Origin: Octopus vulgaris
Taxonomy: Eukaryota
Reading direction: 5' to 3'
Assembly: GCA_951406725.2 (NCBI GenBank)
Contig: OX597817.1
Coordinates: forward strand, 310,001-374,000
DNA length: 64,000 bases
Part shown: positions 39,604-52,291 of the stretch, piece after piece
How the letters are laid out: each line of letters starts with the position of its first letter
Position numbering within the stretch: position 1 is the stretch's first letter
Position numbers and translations under genes: made by a program
The notes under the pieces: model-generated
Told to the model about the DNA's origin: nothing
Databases searched by the model: none
What the model saw: the letters and a program-made list of their open reading frames with translations, nothing else

Positions 39604-40113
39604 TAGAAGAAATGAGGTACTCAGAAGATCGGATGGTTTATATTTACAGATATTTATTTATATATTACATTTTTTACATATATATCATATCACTTAGATC
39701 ATTAGCGCTTTCTCCCATTCTAGTGGGGTTTTCAAATCAAACTAAGTTCCTGTGTGGGGAATTTTGATCATTTTATAGAGTTTCGTAGTGGTGGGGAGGA
39801 ATATAAGACATTACAAGAGGGTGATGGATGAGGAGAAAGTGAGAGAGAGAACATGTGTGTGTGTGTGTTTGTGTGTGTGCGTATGTGTGTGTGAGTTTTT
39901 GTATTTGGAATGGGTGCTAAAGAAAAAGAGGGGAAGGGAGAGGGAAGAAGAAGAAAAGAATTTTTTTGCTCTGCTGGACAGGATGCTTACTCCAAGGGGG
40001 GGGGGTTTAAGATCTTGGGGGAAAAGAATTTGGGTTTTGACCATTTCATAGTGTTATTGAGTGTGTGGTGGCGGGGAGGTAGACCATAAATTACATTTCT
40101 TTTTATCATTGTG

Positions 40114-40149
<36 letters not shown>

Positions 40150-40215
40150 GAGGGATGGTCAAATGGTTGAGAGAAGAAGAATTCTTTTTATGATTGTTTT
40201 GTGGAGGTGTGTGTG
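39604..40215 (-). mobile_element. Penelope-type pseudo-LTR, left member of an inverted pair
   Basis: Reverse complement of ~41505-42118; encodes KTQILFPQDL, similar to the PLE terminal TLxPxGLN motif; contains a hammerhead-like motif at 39693-39746. Confidence 0.65.
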
Positions 40216-40515
40216 TGTGTGTGTCTGTGTCTGTGTGTGCGTGTGTGTGTGTGTGTGGGTGTCTGTGAGTTTGAAGAAGGGAAGAGAGGAGAAAATAAAG
40301 GAGGAAGGAGAAATAAGTGTGTTGATATTTATACCACTATATATATACATACATATACATAAAATATTAGAAAAAAACACCTTTTATCAATTCAAAATGA
40401 ACAATTAAATTACACCATCTAGAAAATTGCATATCATAGAAAAGTTAAAATTAAAATGACAATTAAAAAGTAAAGATTAAGTAAATTACAAAAATAATAT
40501 AATGTATATAACAGG

Positions 40516-40569
<54 letters not shown>

Positions 40570-40856
40570 TATTATTTGTTATTTTGTTATTTTTGTTATT
40601 TTTTATTTGCCCTGTCCGTGTAAGCTAACAATCGTACTGACTTTCATGGGAAACATGTATTTTTGTGGTTGAAACCTTTTGGATTAACTGGTGCTAGAGT
40701 GAGCCATATAGTGACCACTCTCTTATATTTATTTTGTAAAAATATTATAATATATTATAAAATATTATAATAATCCAGGTTTCTCGGAGCACTAGGCCAC
40801 TTGGTGTTGAATAGATATACTATTAAATTAGTATCTAATTCTCTCACCCTTATTAA

Positions 40857-40902
<46 letters not shown>

Positions 40903-40974
40903 TAAATGCTCCACTATATTAAATTGTAAATTGAAAGATTTGTCCGTCAATGTATGATGAGTAAAATTTTATAA

Positions 40975-41475
40975 AGTCCATACTTGAAAAAGAGACTCTC
41001 CTGTGTTGAAGTTACAAAAGACAGAATACGAACTGACAACTACTGAGTCTGTTCTCTGATCTTGAACTGATTTAGTCTAATATCTCACTGATTAAATAGA
41101 TATTAAGTTTTATCATACAGGAGCAACTGGTTCCACAAATTAAAGTGAAATTGTTTCATTCAAATATTAGAATATCCTTTGTTCAATGTTGTATTTTCCA
41201 AAAGTCAAAGCATGTGTAGAACTGTGTGTGTGTGTGTTTAATACAGTCCATACTTGAAAAAGAGACTCTCCTGTGTTGAAGTTACAAATGACAGAATACG
41301 AACTGACAACTACTGAGTCTGTTGTCTGATCTTCAATTGATTTAGTCTAATATCTCACTGATTGACAGTTAAATAAACATTAAGTTTTATCCTACAGGAG
41401 CAACTGATTCCACAGATTAAAGTGAAATGGTTTCATTCAAATATTAGGATAGCCTTTGTTCAATGTTGTATTTTC
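40975..41475. repeat. 270-bp-period tandem duplication
   Basis: agtccatacttgaaaaagagactctcctgtg starts at both 40975 and 41245. Confidence 0.9.
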
Positions 41476-41504
41476 AAAAACCAACACAGACACACCCTCA
41501 TTAA

Positions 41505-42118
41505 ACACACACACACACCTCCACAAAACAATCATAAAAGAATTCTTCTTCTCTCAACCAAAAAAACCATTTGACCATCCCTCATTAAACACACACACAC
41601 ACACACACACTCTCACAATGATAAAAAGAAATGTAATTTATGGTCTACCTCCCCGCCACCACACACTCAATAACACTATGAAATGGTCAAAACCCAAATT
41701 CTTTTTCCCCAAGATCTTAAACCCCCCCCTTGGAGTAAGCATCCTGTTCAGCAGAGCAAAAAAATTCTTTTCTTCTTCTTCCCTCTCCCTTCCCCTCTTT
41801 TTCTTTAACACTCATTCCAAATACAAAATCACACACACACACACACACACATACACACATGCTCTCTCTCTCACTTTCTCCTCATCCATCACCCTCTTGT
41901 ACTGTCTTATATTCCTCCCCACCACTACAAACTCAATACCACTATAAAATGGTCAAAACTTTTCATACAGGAACTTAGTTTGATTTGAAAACCCCACTAG
42001 AATGGGAGAAAGCGCTAATACATGATCTGAGTTATATGATGTATAAAAACATGTAATATACAAATAAATACCTGTAAATATAAACCATCCGATCTTCTGA
42101 GTACCTCATTTCTTCTAA
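41505..42118 (+). mobile_element. Penelope-type pseudo-LTR, right member of the inverted pair
   Basis: Inverted copy of 39604-40215. Confidence 0.65.
41974..42030 (+). ncRNA. minimal hammerhead motif, U3-A8 variant
   Basis: tgat TTGAAAA c ccca ctagaa tggg a GAAA gcgc TA at: palindromic stem III, stem II ccca/tggg; stem I is weak. Confidence 0.5.
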
Positions 42119-42149
42119 TATAAAATACCTGTACATCCTCTCCAAACCT

Positions 42150-42209
<60 letters not shown>

Positions 42210-43089
42210 ATAAAAATGGTAAGACAACAAAAGAATGAAAGAGACCTCGATACTATGTAAATAGAGGAATTTATCTGTAAATGTAATATGTGACATCCGA
42301 AACTTGGAGTTTTATCATGGCTACCGAATAATTATCACATATTACATTTACAGATATATATATAGTGTGTGTGTGTGAGAGAGAAAACACAGTGCCATAG
42401 AGAATGTAACTGATATTAAGGAAATGGAGGACAGAGTTGTGTAAGCGACAAATATAGAGTGGCAGTGGGATAGTAATGTTAATACAGTTGTCATTCAGAG
42501 ATACACACACGCGTGCTTTCAATCTGTCCTTCTCTCTCTCGCTCGCATCTCTTTCTCTCTATCTCACGCTCTCTTTCTTTGTCTGTCTGTCAGTCTGTCT
42601 GTTTGTCTCTCTGTCTCTCTCTGTCTCTCTTTCTCTCTCTGTCTCTCTTTCTCTCTCTCTCTCTCTATGTAACACACACACACACATACACACACATCTA
42701 CAGACAAGTATTTGATAACGTTTAAACCGAAATTATCCGGAAATAACCGAAGTATTCCTTTTTTTTCCCATTTATGAACAGACGATAAAGTGGTTATCGT
42801 CTGCTAAACTTTTTTCACGAACATTGAAGGTGAAGTACCTTATTAATTTCGTTTTTAATATTTACAAAATTGTAATCACTCATTCATCTATCGCAATGTT
42901 AGAAAGACAGATTTCTGAAGGAGAAATTTCTATTACATAGTATGTTATCCCTTTTGGTGTTGTAATTTTCCGATACGTTCTGTTCACGAAACCATCTAAA
43001 ATTTAAACTGAAGGTGAAGTTCCTTACTGAATTTATTGAAAAATTTTCAACAATTACTTTAATTTATTAATTTACCCCTTTAATAAAGT

Positions 43090-44092
43090 CATGAGTGATG
43101 GTAACAATATGTTCAGAACTGTGTCAATCTTGCTCAAAAACAATAGAAATTACCGAACTCTTCTGGAAGAGACCGTACGATACATATGCAACAATTGGAA
43201 GTATTTGCATTCTTTTATTCCGAATAGTACAATGCAAGAATACCAAGCATAATTGAGTAGGGATGGAACATACGGCGGTAATGCTGAATTCGTTGCCATA
43301 AGTGAATTGTACAATGTTGCAATTCAGGTTCATCACGAAAATGACAATGAAATTCTTCTTCTTCTGTTCACCGTTTGCGGTCGAACATTTACAGAAAGGA
43401 AGATTTCAGTGTTACATAGTAGCGAAATTGACGACGGCCACTACGATGCTCTCTTTCCCATAAACAATCATGAGCATGACAGAAATGTAGAAGGAAATGA
43501 AATATCACAAGACAGAGGGGAAAAGAAGAGAAAAGAATGAGAATTCAAACAGTTAATGAGAAAACTGTTGAAGTAAAAACTATCGGAAAGTTAGGTTGCA
43601 AAAATACGAGGGAATATGAGTGGAGGACAAGAGAAGAAGAAGGTGATAAAGATAGGGAAATAAGATTGCAGAGAAAGAAGGAAAATTATAGAAATAAAAA
43701 GTACAAGAAAATAAAAAAAAAAGACAAAGATATACGATTGCAAAAAAGGAGAGAAAAGGGTAGAATAAATAGAAAACAAGAGAGTGAAAGCGACCGAAAA
43801 ATACGACTAAAAAGGAGAAAGCTTTCCAGAGAAAATCATCAGAAAAAGTAAAGATGATTTCAGTGGCAAGGTGTAGGATTTAATCATAATCTTAATCGTA
43901 ATTATGCATCTGAAAAATTGTTTCCCTGGGCTCTATGTGCAAAACATGTGAAAAGTGTGGTGCAAGGAAGTGGGACAAGGAATCATTAGGATTTTTACCA
44001 ATATTTGAGCCTCCAAAACTTGTAAAACATCCTCTTTTGCGAACCACTTCAGAATCAAAACACTTTCTTAAAAATATTCGAGCATACAATTG
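43090..44092 (+). mobile_element. autonomous Helitron 5' remnant with OTU domain and RepHel N-terminus
   Basis: SDGNNMFR..TYGGNAEFVAISELY..GHYDAL (OTU), a charged linker, then LGSMCKTCEKCGARKWDKESLG and SKHFLKNIRAYN. Confidence 0.8.
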
Positions 44093-44094
44093 CG

Positions 44095-45210
44095 ACTAAG
44101 CAAGCTGGAGCGCTTCCACTTTTTGTAAGGCGCTCTATCTGCTGACAACATCCGCCAAAGGGTGAACTAAGGATGCTTTGGTTGTTGATACGCAGACAAG
44201 CGCTGTGACTGAGGCATCTGTGGCTCTACCTGGATGGTAAACAGGTGTGGTCTTTGTTCGTTAAAATGATGCTTCCCAGGTTTTCTAGTTTCGGTGAACT
44301 GGAATCGTGGATCAAGCGTAGACCAGGGTTGGGATCATGGCAAGCCGAGTGCCGTCAGGCTCTCCTGCTCCTCTCTCACACGGGTAGTGCCAGCGGCAGA
44401 GGTTCCACCTCGTTCTTTTATAGATGATTGGTAGAGGGCAAGTGCAACGACGTCCTGGGGGAGACTCTGGGCCTCGACGATACTCAACTCGCCGGCCTGT
44501 TCCGAAGGACAATCAGGCCGGAGCCTTTGGATAATTTCCAGAGGTCTCTGGCTTGGCAATGTTACCGAGGGTCTTTACCAGTTCTCGATAAACTCGCAAG
44601 GCATAGTGCTTTTTGCCTGCCCACGTGCCCAAGATGCGATCAGAACGATGAAACCGTTCTGCACGCGATTGTGCAGTGTCCGGGAATATCGGATATGTGG
44701 GTTTGCGTTGAGCAGCTGCTGTCATGTCTAGAGGTACAACTAACCTCCGAGTCAATCATTAAGATTGTTCCACCTTCCTCCTTTAACTGAGAAGGAAAGG
44801 TTTGTTTTCTCACTGTGGTTGCTAAAGCGAAAGAAGCGGTGTGGAAGACACGGGTGAAAGGAGTAGCGACAGGCACCCTCGTCTCCGGTTTCGCTCTGGT
44901 GAACTATATTTCTTGTCATCTCAAAAGGAAAATAAGACTGGTGAGGAGATGCTTGTCGCGTGAGATATATGAGAAAAGATGGAAGGATGTGGTGCGCAAG
45001 ATGAGAGTGAGTGAGTCCACTTAAAAGTAAGCCATAAAAGTAAAGGCAAAGTTTCAGTAGCGAACCGAGGCTTGCGGGGTCGAAGCTGAACCCGACTCCC
45101 ACTCCGTTGTGTTGTCCTCTTTGTTGTGTTATTCACTCGTTTTTCATAAAGTTTTATTACTATATTGTCATCTTAATGTTTTGTTAGCTTCTGGTAGGCA
45201 ATAAAGAATT
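44095..45210 (+). mobile_element. Tx1/L1-like LINE ORF2 3' fragment
   Basis: DNFQRSLAWQCYR..CPRCDQNDETVLHAIVQC; 3' end ggcaataaagaa. Confidence 0.85.
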
Positions 45211-45565
45211 AAAACTGGGAATAAGGTGCAAGTTTCGAGTACTTGTCGCTAACTTTTTCTCTCCTCGTCTTCTAATAGTAATTACCCAACTTTCTAGGCT
45301 CATCTCACAGCTATCCCACGTTCAAAAATTATACGGGTATTTAAAAAAAATTTCATTCAATAAATAATAAATTACGTATACATTAATAGAATAATAAATG
45401 ATAAATTAAGTATATATTAATAGAATAAATTGTCGGTTTTCCTTTGCAAATGAGAATGGAATACTCCGCAGTGAATGCAATGAATATTTAAATTTGCGGG
45501 ATATTGGAGTTTAAAAAATTCAAGAAACTTGAGCAATCGAAATTATAGGAAATTTCTTCGAACAT

Positions 45566-47731
45566 ACGTAATGATTTTATTAGTAATATCAAGAAGATAA
45601 TTTAACAAGTGTGACGCCCCCTGTAGTGGTTGACTTGTGTCTGTAATTGGTTTTTACGTGGAAAGGTATCTCAAATGGAGTCGAAGAGTTACGCTTCAGC
45701 AACGGGAAGACAGAAAACTGTGGAACCAAGTTTGCTGAAGTAATATGAAGTAGATTTCAAAGACGAGCTCGTACAAATATGCCAGGAAAAGATACAGAGA
45801 GAGGGGTATAACATAAAGTTGACCCCACCAGAAGAAGAATTGAAGGAAATGGAAAAGAAAGAGATTATATACAGAAAGTTCTCGAGAACAAGAGAAAAAT
45901 AGATATGGCAACACAGGAAGAGGTAGAAAAGTGCCTAGAGGATATTAAAGACGTTATTACCTTTTACACATGAGGTAGAATGTACGGTACGGTGGTGGTT
46001 ACTTTCGCCTCCAAAAAGGATGCAAGCGATTACTCCGCTGTGCCGTTACATTCGGACGAGTATGCCTACATACCTGGGCAAGCGCGTTGCCAGAGTTAGG
46101 GTAGGCAGGATTCCGCCTGAAATAGAACCCGAGTGGCTGATAGTGGCGATCTTTGACGTGGGAGATAAAGAAGGAGATGAGAGCATTAGCATCCTCCATA
46201 TAACCCGGACCCAACAAATAAATTGATAGATTACGGGCTGGAGATGTTTTTTCAAGTCAACCAAGCAGAATATGCTGGAATACCGGAGACAATAGAACTA
46301 CCAAATGGGGTAAAATTGGAAATAATATTGGATGGAAGGTTCCCTACCTGCTATTCTTGTGGGGTGAGTGGTAACATACAAAAAAGGTGTCCCCAACAAG
46401 TGAGGGAGGTCCAGAGATAGAAGCACAAGAATGCGCAATGGGATTAGAGCAAAAGATCCGAGACAAAGAACAGGACACAAAGTTTACAGATATAAGAACA
46501 AGAAAGAGAGAGAGGAGGAATACAGCAGCCAAGGAAGAACTATAGCAGAAGAAGCATAAAACAGAGGGAGAAACATATCCATTAAAACAAGCAACAACAA
46601 CAATCAGAAGCAACACGCCCATAGCTTCACCTAAAAAAAAAAGAAGAAAAAACTTCACGAGCAGAACGGAATCACCAAGCAAACATGCAGGCGTACAACA
46701 CACAAAAACGCAGACACACAGACACACAAAAACACAGACACACAGGCACGAAAACACACAGACACACAAAATACACAACAGGGTGAGAACACATATAGAA
46801 ACAGGATATATTTAGTAACATACTAGCATTATGACCCGTCGTTGCCGGGTCATAGTTATATCTTGATATCGCTAGTGATAACAATACTCAAAATATATAA
46901 CAGACTGGAATTGTTAGCCCGTCTCTTCTAATTTCGATCAATTGTATCGTGTCTTCCCTCTTGTATAGAAGTGTGGCTACAATCCAGCCTACCTCTACTT
47001 CTGGTGGGGGGTATTTTTAATTTTTATCTGGGACGTCCTACGTCCCAGATATAAAGGTAAAAATAAAATATTTCCACTTTGCAAGTTCGAGTCGAGTACT
47101 CCCTTGCACGCTCCATTGACTCGAACCTTGCTTCTATTGTGGCGAATTTACCGCCTCTGATTAGATATCTTTCATAGTCGCACCAAGACACTTTTCGAAG
47201 GTGCTTTCCTCCAGGTGTTCAAATCTTCTTTTTTCTCTACATTGTATACTTTATAGACAATAGTCTTTTCTTTAATTTAATTTTTTATTATCCATCTGGA
47301 CTATTCCATTTCTGCACGCTAATTTTATTTTTAATTTATTCCCATTCATGTGAAACCACTTATTCAAGTTCAAATCATTGATGTAATTTTATACCAATTG
47401 CTATTTTTACTTTTGTTATGTTACGATAATATTATACTTTAGTTTGATTTTAATTATTACTTACTACATATATTCAATTGTTATTATTATTTTTATTGTT
47501 AAAGTGAAAGCATCTGACATAAAAATAGAGAAATGTTTTTGTTTCACTTTTAACACGTAATACTGAAATAGTGGAGAAGATATGATATTGCTATGGGCTC
47601 GCTCTAGGCAAGAAGTTGGACATTTTTTTGCCCATGAAACTACATGGACCCTAAGTAAGGCAGGTGTAAAATTTGAATGAAATTGGTTGTGTAGTTCTCA
47701 AGTTTTAGGGAAACATACAGACAGACAGACA

Positions 47732-47766
<35 letters not shown>

Positions 47767-48285
47767 TCTCAGTTTTATATATAGAGAGATTACACAAATC
47801 AAAAAACCGTAAGAAAAATTACAAAAATGAAAGGTATTACAAAAGTAAAATTACCAGAAGGTTATGATAAAGACATGAGGTGTGTTTTGATAAATGAAGA
47901 AAGATATAAAACACTAAAAGAAGCATTTCCATCAGATGTGAATCCACTGGGACCGGAGGTGAGAAATGAACCCCACACCCCAGTGGTAGAATATGACGAG
48001 ATAAAGAAAGACATCAAGTGAGAAGTAGAAAAAATTATTGAGAATTAACTTTTAAGAAAAACAGAAAACTGAATGAACAATGAACGTTTTAAAAGAAAAA
48101 AAAAAGAAAAATTATAGAAACATTTTGAATGAATTGTAAAAACGCAACCATCCCGGGGTGGGGCCGGGGTGGCAGTCTCATCTTCATTTGTACAAACCCA
48201 TATCATTCATCTTGATATGTTATATGTCCCCACATGTTCTGTATTGTGCCCTCTTCGTTGGCCCCTTGTGGGCAATAAAGAAAAG
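45566..48285 (+). mobile_element. ORF1-only (HAL1-like) non-autonomous retroelement with a 15-bp TSD
   Basis: TSD aatttcttcgaacat at 45551-45565 and 48286-48300; degenerate ORF1 YLGKRVARVRVGRIPPEI..CYSCGVSGNIQKRC; tail ccccttgtgggcaataaagaaa; no ORF2. Confidence 0.7.
46823..47789 (-). mobile_element. non-autonomous Helitron-like element
   Basis: Minus strand starts TC with a (TA)/(TG)/(TCTG) head and ends in hairpin tatgacccg..cgggtcata plus CTAG, inserted at A|T; 3' end related to 13304-14029. Confidence 0.75.
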
Positions 48286-48399
48286 AATTTCTTCGAACAT
48301 TTGGTGAGCTAAAGTTCGATTATTGTTTAAAATTACTGTTGTTTTGTGCTGCTTTGCAACGGTTTTCTGGTTGTGCTTTCTCTCTGTATTTAAGGAGAA

Positions 48400-49690
48400 A
48401 TAGCCATGGCAATGGTAAAAAGTATGTTTTATTCGGACCTGAGCGGTTCCGAATTGTCCTCTTCGGAGGAGGAGCTAGTACTAGCAGTCGACAGGATGGA
48501 CAAATGCCTAAAGAAGAAAAGCCTTGCAGAAATGACAGAAGTAAAAAAAAAAAAGGTAGTAGACCTATCAAATATTGAAAAATATGAAAAGATGGCATAT
48601 AGAGTAGGTGGTACGTTAAGCTGTCACCACCCCAGAAGATAATAGAAGAAATAGACAAGAAAACTGTAGTATACAAGGTGTATTCAGTAAAGGAAAAGAA
48701 AATAGAACATGTAGAAGCTGAAATTATAGAAAAGGCAAAGGCGGCGAGCTGGTAGAAACGTTAGCACACCGGGCAAAATGCTTAGCCGTATTTCGTCTGC
48801 CGTTACGTTCTGAGTTCAAATTCCGCCGAGGTCGACTTTGCGTTTCATCCTTTCGGGGTCGATTAAATAAGTACCAGTAAATCACTGGGGTCGATATGAT
48901 CGACTTAATCCCCTTGTTTATCCCCTCTAATGTTTAACTCCCTGTGGGAAATAAAGAAATAATTATAGAAAAGACATTGTGCTCAGTCTAGCAAGACATA
49001 ACATATCTGTCCCGAGGAAATAAATTCGGAACTATCATAGTCCATTTCAAGACGGAAGACAAAACAAAGGAACACGCCATAATCACAGTAAAATCAGATA
49101 AAGTGGTCCTTCTACACTCTTATTTGGGAAGAAGGACTCCCAGGATTAGGGTGGAAGGAATCCCACCGGAAATAGACGTGGCTTGGGTCGCGGCGGCTGT
49201 TCTTTTGGGAAGTAAGGAAGAAAGAGCGGCCCTCCAAGCAAAAAAAAACCCCAGAAAACTCGATTTGGAAAGGCCAAACAATGGATCTGATTATACAGGC
49301 TACAGTGGAAACATTGGAAAATTTGGTAGAAACAGTACCAATTGGAGATGTAGTGTTGAGAGAGTGGGTGGAGGGCAGAACCCCTCGTTGTTGTGAATGT
49401 GGTAAAAAAGGCCACATTAGAGCACACTGCCCTCTAGAGAAGCAGATAAATCAGGAAGAAATTGAAAAGGAGCCGGAGAAGGAGAAAGTGCCGATGAGAA
49501 CGAACTGGCTAGTCTGTTCCGGAGGACTTTCCGGTCGGGAACTATCATGGATAATTTCCAGATATCCTTGGCCTAGCAATGCTACCGGGTCGTACTTCTG
49601 TTTCTGGAACGTGTCTATGGCTATCCTTGTTGGCAAACTTAAGACAAATGGTTGTGTATCACTCCGGCCGCATCAGTTACAAGTAGTATG
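48400..49690 (+). mobile_element. Tx1/L1-like ORF1 remnant joined to an ORF2 C-terminal fragment (internally deleted element)
   Basis: YLGRRTPRIRVEGIPPEI and zinc knuckle CCECGKKGHIRAHC; from ~49493 DENELASLFRRTF..DNFQISLA*QCYR. Confidence 0.7.
48735..48960 (+). mobile_element. tRNA-derived SINE with a Meta-like central motif and 13-bp TSD
   Basis: ggcggcgagctggtagaa..GAGTTCAAATTCC..tttcatcctttcggggtcgattaaataagtacc; TSD aattatagaaaag at 48722-48734 and 48961-48973. Confidence 0.88.
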
Positions 49691-49987
49691 ATAGATACAA
49701 ACCTTAAGTGCCATAATTTTTATAACTCAACAGTCAGGTCAGTATAATTTCTTAGCATTTCAGATCTCTTCTGTACAACAAAATAGTCATTTGATATTGC
49801 ATGTTGAGAATAAGTTTACTATTGCTATTTTTGCTACGTGATATGACTTTAGGATAGTATTTTTCTATAGTATTTTTCTACATGTGTGTGTATGCGCGCG
49901 CGTATATATATTTATATCTATAAAAATTAACAGAATGAGATAAAAAAAAATCCAAGGCGGTGAGAGTTTTCAGAGCATTTATAAAGA

Positions 49988-50038
49988 GGTCTTACAGCTG
50001 TTTCCGGAATATTGTATATATCCCTTCATCAGAAACGG
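49988..50038 (-). ncRNA. minimal type I hammerhead in a Penelope-type pseudo-LTR
   Basis: gttt CTGATGA ag gga..tcc g GAAA cagctg TA agac; lies downstream of a PLE-terminal-like RKFICTPFCLN remnant at ~50150-50190. Confidence 0.7.
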
Positions 50039-50297
50039 TGCGAGAAAATGTTTAAGTAATAGTTATTATAGAGAAAATATGAAATACAGAGTGAAGTGGA
50101 GGAATGAAAACAGACATGAGATACGTAAGGATATTGTATCGGCAGTTCCATTATTTAAGCAGAATGGTGTACATATAAATTTCCTGCACCTTGTGTGTGA
50201 GTTCCAATGGTGTTTATAATTGGTAATTCCAAGCATAGTCTTGTAAATGGTGTTATTCGATCGAGAGTTTATATCTGCATACACGCAGGCGCGCACA

Positions 50298-50334
<37 letters not shown>

Positions 50335-50569
50335 TTATTTCTCGGCGTGTGTGTGTGTTTTTCGCTTAGGTTGTATAGCGCACGTACACTCGCTCGTACA
50401 AACATCCAAGAAGGTATAAGCATACGCACACGCGTGGCTTGGGGCACATACGCTCATACAGCGAATAAATAAGGGTTGCGGGGTATGAGAGTTCTTTTAA
50501 TATAAACTTAGTTTCTCTTCGTGAGCGGCCTTGTTACAAAGCTACAAACGCACACAAATAAGTTGTCTA

Positions 50570-50948
50570 CTCCACTCTTTTACTTGTTTTAGTCATTTAA
50601 CTGTGGCCATGCTGGAGCACCACCTTTAGTCGAGCAAATCGACCCCAAGACTTATTCTTTGGAAGCCTAGTACTTATTCTATCGGGGACGTAAACACACC
50701 ACCATCGATTGTCAAGCGATGTTGGGGGGGGGGACAACCACAGACACACAAACACATACACACATATATACATATACATATATACGACGGGCTTCTTTCG
50801 GTTTCCGTCTACCACTTCCACTCACAAGGCTTTGGTCGGTCCGAGACTATAGTAGAAGACACTTGCCCAAGGTGCAACGCAGTGGGACTGGACCCGGAAC
50901 CATGTGGTTGGTAAACAAGCTACTTACCACACAGCCACTCCTGCGCCT
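50570..50948 (-). mobile_element. octopus SINE (894-1373 family), near full length
   Basis: Head ggcgcaggagtggctgtgtggtaag through tail gactaaaacaagtaaaagag. Confidence 0.88.
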
Positions 50949-51642
50949 ATATATATATATATGTGTGTATGTACGTGTCTTACGATTCTTTATTACTTGT
51001 GTCTGTCTGCAGTTTTCCGTCTCGTCTTTCACATTTAGTCCTTGTGCGCCCATCACCTCAATGATATTCAGTATTACTGGAGCAACTAGATGAGCAGTAC
51101 AATGGAATTCAAAGTCTTTCGACTTTAAACGCGCTGAATCTGTGCTGATTCTGGTCTCCACGGCTGATGAGAGGACTTCCGTGATTATCCTATCGTTTAC
51201 CGTTGGCCGTTTTCCTCTTCTACTTCAATTTCCAGTTTTAGATCAGTAGCACACTTATTGTCCATCTGCTGATGTCCGCCCATCTCGCTATGACCATCCC
51301 ACTTTAAGTTTTCCTTAATCTCCCCTTTCTCTTCCCCCTTGTCTTTCTCTTTTCTTCTTACTGCCACTTATAATTTTTCCGTCTCTCGAACTTTCTTTCT
51401 GTCCCAATTACGTTTATTACCAGCTGTTTCACACTTACACTTCTAATTTCCCCTCCTTTTTCACTTCCTCGACCCTCTCACCACCACCACAGCCAGCCAA
51501 TCGCCAAATCCTCCAAATCCCATTCAACCATTTCGATTGAAGACGCACTTTACTTTTTCTTGTTCGAGACAACATTTTCGTTCTTTCTTCGCACTATTAC
51601 TGGTGGGTGTTGTCTTTCATACCCTGGTCGAAAGGCTACAAC

Positions 51643-51675
<33 letters not shown>

Positions 51676-52291
51676 TGTATGTATGTATGTATGTATGTAT
51701 GTATTGTATGTATGTATGTATGTATGTATGCATGCGTGCATGTATGTATGTATGTATGTATATGTGTAGGTGTATGTGTGTATGTATGTATGTATGTATG
51801 TTCTATCTATCTATCTATCTATCTATCTAAAGCCGAAGAGCCCTTATTTCATTTTTTCAATTTCTCGTCAGACCCTGTCCTTTCCGACGGATGGGCCTCT
51901 TGATCAGGACAGATTTCTGCATTATTTGAGGTAATTTATGATTTGTCGATAAACGAAGTTTTACTTTTCATACTTTGACGTAAAGGGTTTTCTTAGCTCG
52001 CTGCTAATGCTTTCTAAGGGTCTTTCGATTCTGTTGCCCAAATGAAATTCTCTACACACATGTATACATACTCACACTGACACACACACACACACACACA
52101 CACATACACACACACACGCACGCACACACACGCACGCACACACACGCACGCACACACACGCACGCACACACACTGACAACATTCACACACACAGACGCTG
52201 ACACACACACACACTGACACACATACACACTGGCACACACACACTGACGCACATACACACTGACACACATGCATACTGACACACACACACG

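Noticed and set aside
51164-51400. Split hammerhead: CTGATGA gaggac ... gtctctc GAAC with a ~200-nt loop
   Set aside because: GAAA is incomplete and there is no clear stem III or stem I; too degenerate to call.
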